From: Antedon mediterranea
Taxonomy: Eukaryota; Animalia; Echinodermata
DNA: 64,000 nt
Direction: 5' to 3'
NCBI RefSeq assembly: GCF_964355755.1
Contig: NC_092676.1
Coordinates: forward strand, 22,648,871 to 22,712,870
The notes beneath the pieces were generated by a model. That model was given only the letters and a program-made list of their open reading frames with translations, made no database searches and had not been told where the DNA came from. The translations under genes and the position numbers were made by a program. Within the stretch, counting starts at the first letter, position 1, and every line of letters starts with the position of its first letter. Of this stretch, positions 13,568 to 25,200 are shown piece after piece.

Positions 13568-14120
13568 TTAGTGGGTTGTTTCGTTTTCTAGGTCTTGCTT
13601 ATGAGGTTCAAACAACTAGTAAACTTGACAAAACTTTGAAATATTTGGAGACATACATTCTAGTACAAGTTTTTTTCTTCGGCGTGATCACTTTTATTTG
13701 TACTAAATGGTTTCTTCAGTTGGCCAACGTTTCTAAACTGGTCTACACTGGAAACGTTGGAAAACCTTTCTTGCCAAATTCCAAGTTTCGATCAAGCTTT
13801 CAAACTAAGTTTTCTATTGTGGACTAGGTTGTCAGAGAACTACTTTTCTGCAGCTTTCGAATATTTTTAACTGGGCTACACTGACAAACGATGGAATTTA
13901 TGTTGTACTCTGAGGTTGCTCATGTTTGTGTGGTATAGTCTGCAGTACACTGGCAACATTTGTTGCAAACTCGAAAACATTTTCCAAAGTGTGCTCATGT
14001 AGACTAGTTGACAAACTTCGATAAACAGCAAATTTGCAGAAGCCTACACTAACTTTATTTCTTAAACGTGGAATTTGGTAAAACAACAATGTAGTTGTTT
14101 TCTGTGGGAATGGACCTTAC

Positions 14121-14267
14121 CGGGTAATTGTGCTTTTATTTGCAGGTTTGGTAGGATGGTTGCAAGCTTTGAACACATAGACACTCTGCTTAGGATCGTC
14201 GGATTTCTTTGATGCTGCGCACTGTACCATGTCACGGTTTGTGTATGGTGGTGGCAACTTAATTGTG
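14121..14267 (-). CDS. Gene C coding exon 4 (TIKLPPPYTNRDMVQC...HPTKP...TR)
   Basis: tttttacag acceptor, GTAAGG donor; START motifs P-x-P-x-x-N-R-D and HP-x-x-P; within ORF 14117..14344. Confidence 0.9.
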
Positions 14268-14684
14268 CTGTAAAAACAATGAGAAAATATAAGAGAAAAT
14301 ATTAGAGCAAGCTTATAAAGCAAAATGTGGTTAGGTTCAACCACGATTAGTGTTGCCGTGACTCGAACTTAACCATAAGATAATTTCAGTAGATTAGTAT
14401 TTTTTCATATTATATATCTAAGGCCGTTATCTCGAAAAATATAAGTAGAAGTAAACTTGAGGGAGACTCAATAAATGCCATGGAGGTGACCAGGAAAAAC
14501 ATTTCCTACGTCATTTCAAGACTTTTCAGTTTTGTTATATGAATGGATATTATAAATGAAGATTATAGTTTATTTGGAATATTCTAATGTTTAACCTCTG
14601 CTCAAAATATAAAATAAAAAGGAGAGGACCAGGTTTCCAAACCAATGAATAGATGACAAAAATTGCGTTATATATACAACTTAC

Positions 14685-14784
14685 GTATACATAATTCTAA
14701 AATCTTCCTTCGTTTCCAACACTTCTGAGACAATTTTCTTATTCCATTTTTTTCGTTCATCAAGATCTGTAAAAAGTTCCACAG
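14685..14784 (-). CDS. Gene C coding exon 3 (AVELFTDLDERKKWNKK...FRIMY)
   Basis: ttctttgcag acceptor, GTAAGT donor; contains the START hallmark D-x-x-x-R-K-K-W-[DN]. Confidence 0.9.
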
Positions 14785-15145
14785 CTGCAAAGAAAAATAT
14801 TTAATAAACCATTGAATTTTAACAATAATTATGAAAACTGACGTTTTAAGAATTTGTGAAATAAAATTTGACGTTTTATAACATTATTTTTCATTGCATG
14901 CATACAATAACGATAGGGCGTGTGTTCGTATCAATATCAAAGATAAAAGTGATAGCGCCATCTATATGCCAACACAAGTTTCGGCCAAAAAAATGAACAG
15001 CTGCGTAGTGTAATTGCCGTCATACATAGAATTATTATTATCATAATTATATTTTGATGACCACTTACAAAAAGCTGAATATTATTTTTGGCTATCGTAT
15101 TATTGAAACATAAACAACATTTTATTAGAGGGTACGATTTCTTAC

Positions 15146-15182
15146 CTCGATCGAAAGAAACGTTTGGCAGGTCGATTATACC
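15146..15182 (-). CDS. Gene C coding exon 2 (GIIDLPNVSFDR)
   Basis: T-rich acceptor ttttttag, GAG/GTAAG donor; 37 nt bridging phase 0 to phase 1, exactly as the flanking exons need. Confidence 0.8.
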
Positions 15183-16189
15183 CTAAAAAAATAATAAAAT
15201 TTAAATATTAATGGTTTATTCCTAATTAAACACTAAAAATATAGAAATATAAGAGTTTTTTTACCAACCAAATGGTTGAAATCATATTCCGGTAGAATAA
15301 TTGGCAATGTGCCTATTTTAACTAACATGATAAAAAATGGATGGTCTGGTTTGCATAGACCAGAATATTGGCGAGGGACAGAGAGGCAGCTGGTAGTACC
15401 ATCATCGAGGGTACTTCACCAGAGGTTATGGAATTATCGGAAATCCATGCTATTATAACCTCTTCTGTGGAATAGGAAGACGAAGCTTTCTACTAAAACA
15501 GAATTAGGTTTAAAGTAACCGCCGGCACAAATTATTATTACTCACAATCAGTTACAAATATTTTGTTTACTATATTATATTAATTCACGTTTTGTTCACA
15601 TTTGTTATTGTTAGTCTTATCATTTCCCAAATGGAAAATAATGATATTAGGAACCCAGATGAAGAAAATAGGTTGTTTATGGATAAATACCCGTAAATAT
15701 AAATTTGATACCCTCTCGACAAACCGGTATTTCCTCGATTACAGAAAAATGTATGTCGACTGTTTCCTTATTAGTAAATAAGTCAAATTTGTTAGCATAC
15801 TAGATGGCGATAAGATATGCAAAATAGGCATTCGTTGCTGATAGAAGACAAGTCTGCTAAGACGATTTCAATATTCTACGGTTAATTAGGTCATATCCCT
15901 GACGGGCAATCCAAATACAAAGAGAGACCTGCCTATGAATTATTAATGAAGCAAGAATATTATTAAACTATCTAATTTTAGTATAAATTACACCAAGCAA
16001 AAAAGGTGACGAAAGCCTTGACAATTTATATGATATTATGCTCAGTACCGGTATAATAACGTCCAGATAATAAAGAAAAATGAAGACAACAAAATACGAC
16101 GAAATCATAGTCATACGTAAATAATATCCACTTTCAACACAATCTCGCCCTTAGACATCAATCTCCTATTATTTCATTAAGATATGAAA

Positions 16190-16730
16190 ATGAAGATAAT
16201 GTACTGAAAGGTTATGATGATAAATACTAAAGATGATGATAGTGTATTGGAAAGTAATAAGGAAGATGCTGCATGGAAGGTGATGAAGAAGATGCTGCAT
16301 GGAACGTGATTATGAAGATAGTGTACTGAAAAGTGATGAAAATACTGTAAAAGTGATGATGAAAATACTGTACTGGAAACTGATGATGAAAATACTGTAT
16401 TTGAACGTGATGATGAAAATACTGTACTGGACAGTGATGATGAAGATACTGTAGTGGAAAGTAATGATGAAAATACTGTACTGGAAAATGATGAAGAATA
16501 TACTGTATTGGAAACTAATCAAAAAGATAAAGTCATGGAAAGTGATAATGGAGATACTGCATTTGAACGTGATGATGGAGATACTGCATTTGAACGTGAT
16601 GATGGAGATACTGTATTTGAACGTGATGATGGAGATACTGTATTTGAAGATGATAAAAACACATTGTACTTGAAAAGGATGACGATGATACTGATGATGA
16701 CGATGATACTGATGATGACGATGTTGTTAA
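16190..16730. repeat. Degenerate ~27-bp minisatellite (GATGATGAAAATACTGTA(C/T)TGGAAAGT) grading into a GAT/GAC microsatellite
   Basis: Directly visible tandem units; explains the four overlapping repetitive ORFs at 16310-16839. Confidence 0.85.
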
Positions 16731-19700
16731 TATTACTAAGATACACTGATAATAAAATGACGAATAAATATTGATAATATACTTTGTTACTACATACTAA
16801 ATTGCTAATGAAAATGACAGTTTCTCTAATAATTAACATGTAGTAACCTCACTTTCACTTATCTGAACATTACATAGTTGGTGTGTCATCATCGGACCTA
16901 TGTGTCATCAATAGATGTATCATCAAAATACATCTAATAATCACTATTAACCATTACTCAGTCTGTAATCTTCTATTTTTTGTCTTTATAACCCACGCAA
17001 TAATTATAAATACAAAAACATCTACAATTTATCATTATTTAACTCCTTCATAGCTATACCAAACGATTGTTTTGCAAGCAAACCTGAGCGTTTGCCAGCT
17101 TAGCCCCTGGGGTTTCTCTCCTCCGTCTATCGATTGTTGTAAATGATTAATTCTTGCTAACCGAATGCGTGATTTCTGCCTCATGCATAATAAACTACAC
17201 GGTGTAGTTATTCACCTTATAAGGATATCTACGACTACGAAAAATGATAATTATTATTAGAAACACTGTCCATGCAATCTTTGATGGGTTAATAGTAAAT
17301 ACCGGTAACTAACTACTGTAAATGATATTTTCAAAACTAAACGTTTATTTTGTTATGTGATGATTAAGAACTTACTGATAAGCACTGTAACTACGAAATA
17401 TATAAATTGAAATTTATGCGATACGAGTTGTGAAGGTGTGGTCACGATTTTGTAAGCTGTCTGCTTACATACGATGTCTGCTTACATACGATGTTTCCTA
17501 TCGTTTGATTTTATATTTTTCTAAATGTATATCTATTCATGAATGGATAACATAGCTCTTTTCTGTTCAATATAATTGTGTAAAAGCCATTTTAAAGAAC
17601 TGTAAAACGTGTTTTAGGTAGGTTATCTATTTTTGTTATGAAAAAATGGGACTTTTTTGGATAGTATGGTCACAGATGGTTAGGGCTATAATGACAGCGA
17701 CGAAAATAATGACGTAGACAAAAAGACGACGTAACGATGATACACGGTCACTGTGATCATGACGATGATGCATATAATGTTACAATGCATTACAATACCA
17801 TTAATGTCATTTTCCAAACGTTATGAAACAATAGCCTTAAATATGTCTAAACTGAAACTGAAACTTTTTGTTAGACAGAAAATGTTATCACAAAATTTCA
17901 ACATTGAGTTGCTATTTACAATACCTATGGCGTTAATAATTTATGTAGTAAAGCAACGAATATAAAAGTATAAAAACACGATTTCAATAAATATCTTAAA
18001 GGGACTGTGCGGTATTAGCTGGCATAAGTATGCTTAATAATCACGCATGTAAAGTACGGGTACGCGCGCGTTAAAACAAGTGCGCGTACTGATTCATTCA
18101 ACGAAGATGGCTAAATTGAATCCTAATCTTAAAATGGTGTTAATTAAAATACATGCTTAACATATAACTAGATGATAACGCACCTTTAAAAGACACTAAA
18201 ACATCAACGATGTCAACGAATGAACTCGCAATTAGCATATTCATTACAAAAGTAATTGAAGAATATTTAAATGTGAAATATCGAGTAGAGACATGTCCTA
18301 ATGCAAGCGTGTACAGTGTGTGATGAGTAGAAGAAAGACAATAATGCCAATATGTTTAACATATCTACGTTAATGTAGCGTGCAGCAATTAACCGTTGGG
18401 TTCGGTTCTTTAATATAATGTGTTTATCAGCAATAGGGATGGGAACTATAACTATAAATATTAATGGTGTTTAGTTAGTTAATGCTGTAGGTCCATAATA
18501 GGTAATTTTTAACAGTAAACAACGTAAATACATAGAAACACCCATATTATATTCCGGCGGACCAACCTTAATAATAGTCGAATGGCCATGGCGTCCCTGT
18601 GTTAAAATGTATTTTCACCAAATATTATCTTAGGAGTGTCCCAAAAGTAGTTCTACTGTATGGAAGTAATTTGTTTCCATCATATTCAGGTTCTTACTTA
18701 CAAAATTAAAAAAGCCGTGTGCTAGAATGAGTTCAGGATTATTTTGGTCTTTCTTCACTGTGCTATGATACTAGCCACGGAAACTATGACAAGAGTGTTG
18801 GAAAATAATAATATATACCTACGCCCATAAATCTATAGTGAAGAAACATGGAAATAAAAATCATTCAAATTTTACCGTAAAATCTACACTTATAAAAATA
18901 AGGGCTTCGACAAAAACCATACACTTTTACAGTAATGGTTGATTGTGTCACATGATGACATTTTAGTTTTGTTCGAAACGCAATAAAATTTGATATGTGC
19001 TTGGTTGGCGGGAAGTAAGCCAAACCTGGCGTTCTTCCTTCCGGGAAAAAGATCGCTCATATAGTACATGCAAATTATGGACTTCGCTTTGCTGTTGTAT
19101 CTATTATAAAATACAAGAATACTGGCACAATTCCAGATACCATCACGGAGGTGTAAACATTTAGATTTATACAATACACAGGTTTAAAGCAAGAAGTAAG
19201 GAATGTTATTAATGTGTAAAGGAGGGTAAACTATGCCTACTGACCATACAGTATGTAATTAGGTCAAGGAACGATCTAGGAATTGAGAAATGTTCTGAAC
19301 AGGCAGGATGACCTTGCACTCGAGTTTGTAGAAGTCTACAGATTATTTAACAACCTTCATTGACGGGGAAAGCGCACTTGACCTTGTCCAAAACCATTGG
19401 CCAGCGCTGGAAGAGATGCAAAGCCGGAGCCGGGAATGGGGGAGGGGGACCAACATAGTTTCGTTGTGTACTCAAAGTAGTACTCGTCGTCACTTAATAT
19501 ACACACACAGTTTACACTCTGTCCTCTAAAAAAGCACAATTTTAAATAGTAAAAGGCTTTCAAGTTAAGTTTTTTGATCAGGAACCGAGTTCAGACATCG
19601 TCACTGCCTGGGGCAGATGGCCTAGCATCAACCTGTAGGCCAAGGGCAATGCGTTTATAAACAGTATTATGGAAACGCTGTTTGAATGTTTGCCTACTGT

Positions 19701-20101
19701 GTTGACAACTATTTAATTGGTTTATAAACACTACTTGGTGGGTGTTCTATAGGTGATAAAATGACCATGGTCATAATTTGGCGAGGAATTCGAAGTGTAA
19801 CGTTCAAGCTGTTAAATTGTTACACTTTCTTTAATCATTTTCATCAGGGTTACGAGACAGTAGTCAACCATTTTGTTTGTAGTTAGCGTATAAACTTTCA
19901 ATTCAACTGTAAAATACTGAATAATTCAAATGTAGTAAATTAAATATACATATCTCGAATCATTGGTATTTATTATTAATTAGGAAATGACAGTTAGAAG
20001 TTCAATGACACTAAACAACAGGTTTGCAGAGCTGTAAATTATTACCTAAATGTTTGCCATTCTTACTACTTAATTTATTAGGCCTAAAGCTGTAAATTTA
20101 A

Positions 20102-20926
20102 GGGCCTGTTTCTATAGAGCAGAGAATACGGTTTTGAATACCGTTCTTTTCAAGAACCGTTTTTTCTTGTCAGCAGAAATGGGTCCCCACAAAAAACCAC
20201 AAAAAAGAACCGATCTTAAAAACGGTTTCAAAAACCCCAATTGATTGCAGTCTCGATCGCAAAGAACCGTTCTGAAACCGGTTTCCGTGGAGCAAATTTT
20301 AGCTGCAACACAATCGCGGTCTCAATTTGACCCCAAAAACTGAACTCTCCAGTCTGCTGCACTGGGACGATTGCGGTCAACTCGCAGTCAAACCTTTATT
20401 TCTCTAGATAGTGAGTATTTTATTTAACTAAAAAATGTTGACCGATGCCATTACGAGGTTCGTAAAAAATATGTGAAGGGAAGAAGATGAGGGGGCTTGT
20501 CGGGAGTCGGAAGAAAGACTCACGTAGGCCTAAGGCCTACATGTTTTTAAGAATATTGTAAAGCGTGTGAAAGCTAGACGAGTTCAACTTGACAATATCA
20601 GAGGCCAATCATAGTACCTCTACTTTAACCAAGGACCACAATAACGTTTCAGGTAATAATTCCCCCTTCTATGATGAAATGGATGCTATTTCTTGGGGAT
20701 CGCGCTATGTGAAAAAAAATAAACATGACCTCGATCCAATCACGCTTCCGCCTAACGAACTGCATTGTGGTGTATATAATGATGTCATTCATAACGAACG
20801 CACATGGACGGAACCGGTTTTATTGGAGTAAAAATTGAGCTGCAACGCGATCTTTATTTATAAACAACAGCCGAAACCGGTTTCCAAAAAACCGTTCTTT
20901 TTTTATTTTTCAATAGAAACAGGCCC
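20102..20926 (+). mobile_element. Non-autonomous PIF/Harbinger element with a degraded Myb/SANT (trihelix) ORF remnant
   Basis: Perfect TIR GGGCCTGTTTCTAT/ATAGAAACAGGCCC, TAA target-site duplication on both sides, subterminal AACCG repeats, internal peptide KDHNNVSGNNSPFYDEMDAI. Confidence 0.88.
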
Positions 20927-21228
20927 TAAGGGTAAGGCAAGAACTTGTCCATTTGAATCTATCGTAACTATACTATATTAGTATCATCGGTAGTTTCTGT
21001 CAATTATTGAGGAAATGGTTACCGTAGTCAATTGTTGGAGTTTATATATTTGTAAGAATCACTATATATGACTCGAGCAACCTCTTTGTGTTCTTCTTTT
21101 ATATAAAATAGCATGAGGTATAATTATATTAGCTATCCTTTTATTTATATGTGACTAGACCTATGAACTGTTTTATTATATATATGAAATGAAAAGGGTA
21201 ATAAACTTAAGTATACTTCAGAAGTGAT

Positions 21229-21364
21229 AATAGTCTAAATGCTAGGCTCTTTGTATAGTCTAAATGTTAGGCTCTTTGTATAGTCTAACTCTTTGTATAG
21301 TCTAAATGTTAGGCTCTTTGTATAGTCTAAATGTTAGGCTCTTTGTATAGTCTAACTCTTTGTA
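21229..21364. repeat. 25-bp tandem repeat ATAGTCTAAATGTTAGGCTCTTTGT with truncated units
   Basis: About four full and two internally deleted copies, in a long-long-short pattern repeated twice. Confidence 0.85.
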
Positions 21365-22059
21365 CCGGCTAAAGTCTCCTCCAGGTACAGTTTCTATTGT
21401 AACGCGTTGATTACAGTAATTTAGTACAGTACTATTAGCAACGATAAAACACAGCAGAGGCACGCGTCAGCCAGCATGGGGTAAAACCACAAGAATATCC
21501 ATGTACGGCGGTACAGACGCGTGTCATAAATTAACGTTAGGCCTACTAAAAACATTGGACTACAGCATTAAAACAACAATTGCAATGATTATACGGAAGT
21601 TGATATTATACAGACAGAAGGGGGGGGGGGGGGGGGTAATTGAACTCTACCAAAAGTAAAAAAAATATTAAGGAATTACATTTAACTAACGATCATGGTC
21701 TACAAGTACAATGACAATGTCCATGGTTCTCGCCGCAGTTCTAATGACAATCGTGATTGTTAAAGACAAGTAAACACTTAAATCATTCCTGGTTAATTTG
21801 TTGACTTGGATATGATATACAACGATCTGTTAACCTGTCACGATATTTAAACATTGACGTAATTAGTGACATAAGAGATAGCACTTAATAACAAATAAAA
21901 TGTTTGATTAAATGATACTGATTTACATAAAGACGCGTGGTGTCATTGTGATGGTGCCATTGTAATGGTGACATTTTGTGATGGGGGAAATGCGAAGAGG
22001 TATATTTGTGATAAGGACATTGTAAGTGACATGAGAGAACAGAATGACATTATGAAAAA

Positions 22060-22265
22060 GTGACATGTGAGAGAGTGACATTGTGAGAACGCGACATTGT
22101 GAGAACGCGACATTGTGAGAGCGCGACATTGTGAGAGAGTGACAATGTGAGAGCGCGACAATGTGAGAGCGTGACAATGTGAGAGCGTGACAATGTGAGA
22201 GCGTGACAATGTGAGAGCGTGACAATGTGAGAGCGTGACAATGTGAGAGCGTGACAATGTGAAAG
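22060..22265. repeat. 16-bp minisatellite GTGACAATGTGAGAGC
   Basis: About 12 near-identical copies with degenerate flanks (about 21960-22420); gives the 16-aa periodic spurious ORFs. Confidence 0.9.
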
Positions 22266-25200
22266 CATAGAGATATTATATAATATCTCTATGGTGAAAG
22301 TTACAATGTGAAAGTTACAAGTACGGTAACAATGTGAGGGCGAGAATTCGATGGAGACAATGCGATCTTGACACAATGCGAGAGTGATAATGCGAGGCTG
22401 CGAGGGTGATAACGTGAGGTTGCACTGTGATTGAAAATGAAATGATAAATACAGAAAACAAGGCACACATTTTGAAAACTGAAGAAATATCATGAAAAAT
22501 GTAATTATAGATATCACCATGCCAGTAAAGAAAACTAAACGAGAATTGCAGATGATTCACTCAAATACGATGATACCAAAACAAGTCATGCACACTTCTA
22601 CCGTAATTAAAATATGGAAAGAGACTACAGTTGAGTGAATTTACTACTTTACTCATTATGAAATGACTGTTAGAAGTCCGGGTGTATAAATTAGATCAAC
22701 TTTATTCACGCATTAGGTTGACGGCAACACTAAAAGGTGTGATGATTCATATAGAAAAGATGAGTCGAACTCAGTTGAAATATCCAATAATAATAATAAT
22801 AATAATATTAATAATAATAATAACACTAATATTTTTTAGTTTTTGCCTACTGTATTGCGTTAGAAGATTTTAAAACTTGGGTTGTTACTGAAAATAATAC
22901 TCCGAGTAGACAAACAAACTCATGAGAAAGAGATGTATTCAATATTGATGATTGGGAAAAAATGGGGATGTTTGTTGTCAAATCACTCCATCATCCCGTA
23001 CACAGGGCCTAACCCCCCACACAGGGCCTCCAATCACTGCGGGATATAAGTACACTAAAAAATCATGCCAAGTAAGCCTACAAACGCTTCAAATTCGATG
23101 TTGTTGATGAAAAGGTCAATTCGCACAGAAACACACCCTTTCCCGTCTGTTTTAATAAGATTCCAGGTGAGTTTAACCTTTAATTGACCCTATAGATTAC
23201 TACAGCATAAATTGAATTTAGCGGCGACATTGACGCGTAGTAGATGCAAAGGTATCCGAGAAAAATCATTACCATTTACTGATGACGAAACTTCCTCCTG
23301 GCATTTATTGACAAACACTCAGCACTTGATGAAATATTTCGTATCTGTTCAATAGATCTATGAAGTTATATAGATAAGATCACCAGGAAGTAAGAAAGGA
23401 AACAATGAAAACTAGACCGTCATGGTACGCAATATTTATGATTATGAATCCAGACTCGTAAAGTGACGAAATATTACATGGTAACAAAATACGTATACTT
23501 TATTTCTGATGATTGCATGTCTGAACAGGTGAATCAGATGTAAAATATTTAAATTTAAGTTGAGTCTAGCACATAATTTTACATTTTTAGACAAATACCC
23601 CTTGATTGAGTCTAAGGTTACCCCAGATATAATTGAAATGTTATGAATCATGCTACAGAGATTTGATACCGGGTTCTTAAGGAGAATCATGATTTTAATT
23701 ACACGGCTGCACTAAATACCCGTGTCATGCGTTTGAGCAACAAAAATGACACTATACGCATACGAAATTCACGCTTTGCCTTTTTTTAGAACCAAGCCTT
23801 TACAGTGTGACCTTTCGAGGTCAATCGAAACGACATATGTATAGTAACTGTAGTATAATTTTATGGTAAAACATAATCAGTTTTATCTCTTATCTCGAAT
23901 CTTGATATACTGGTAGGTCTATTATTAAAAACGGATGAATTTAACCGTTGAAGAAGATTCAAACAATGCCAAAATGAAAGATTTTTTTTCTCGAAATAAA
24001 ATGTTTTTGTATTAACAACAGCTGCCAATAATAAAAACACAAGCAGTTTTGAAAAACAGAAACTTTCGCTGTATTTTTACTGAAGATTTAATAGGCCTAT
24101 GCATTGGCTTTATTTCATCTTGTTCCATTTTTATGTAAATTATTATTATGAGCTTGGCACACGTACGGCCAGGTCAGGAGTCTTTGTTCTGCGCTGTTCT
24201 CAACCACAACAGCAACTACTGTATCACAAATTGAATTTAAATTTTCCTTATTGTTTACATCTGTAAAAAGAGGCTTAATAATTTAATGTAAGTCATTACA
24301 AGAAAAACTAATCTTAATTTAATTATTACGTAACTAAGCCCTTGATTTCCTATTCTGTGTAGAGAAGCAAACCACTGCAAAGAAGCGGCTGCCAGTAAAG
24401 ACAAAAATAAACAAATTACTTAATTACTGATTCATGATATTTAATCAATTATTTACGTCGTCTGTGACTTTGAATAAAACATTAAAAGGGAAATTGATTG
24501 AATGATTTTAATGAGTACAGTCGTGATGAGCATCAGTCCGACTCGCTTTCTGTCTTCATTACAGTATCTTTCTAAGAGTATGAATAATTGTGTGTGTAAA
24601 TTTCCTAAATTAGATTACATCCACAAACAAGATGTTTTAAAATGACCCGTATATTACAATCGTCGCCAAGTAATATTAGCAATGTAATGATGAGTTTGAT
24701 TTGAAAAGAGACCAGAACTGCACGCATATTGGCCGCCTAATGACAATGATAATGAGAGAAATTGGATAAAGCATTTCCAAACAAATTTAGGCCTATATTA
24801 TACAGTTTCGTTCCTAACTTCTATAACTGTATCATAAATTCCGGATTTTCCCCTACACAATATTTGATTTTACAGGGAACTATAACATTGTATAATATCA
24901 TAAATAAACTTATTAGAAATGCCTACAATTTTAAAGAGCCCTACAATGATTTTAATATAATAGAGGCCAAATTCAAAATAATCTAGTGTAGTGGTACCGT
25001 TACAGCCATACAATTTTAGTAGATCAACTTTTGGTTTGATTTGGCAACAAATTTAGAGTAATATTATACACAAATGTTTGTCACAGCATGAAAGAATTAT
25101 TAATCACAGTAATTTAGAGGTAGTCTGGATTCGATTTTCAATCCAACATGAACTGAAATAAATCAATTCAATAATACATACACTCCATCAACACAAAGAC

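Noticed and set aside
13185-13571. 128-aa and 95-aa ORFs
   Set aside because: They coincide with a GC-rich MITE in an intron and show no protein features.
16310-16839. Acidic repetitive ORFs (ERDDGDT repeats) as a possible biomineralisation protein
   Set aside because: The 27-bp minisatellite opens frames on both strands, frames shift between units, and there is no signal peptide or splice support.
17085-17185. Possible alternative first coding exon of gene C (MRQKSRIRLARINH...)
   Set aside because: The weak donor gives phase 2 while the next exon needs phase 0; no START similarity.
17996-18189. Kolobok-like element bounded by TTAA-AGG ... CCT-TTAA
   Set aside because: The terminal match extends only about 3 bp beyond TTAA, which is insufficient support.
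21923-22560. His/Ser-rich repetitive ORFs
   Set aside because: Translation of a 16-bp tandem repeat, open in several frames.
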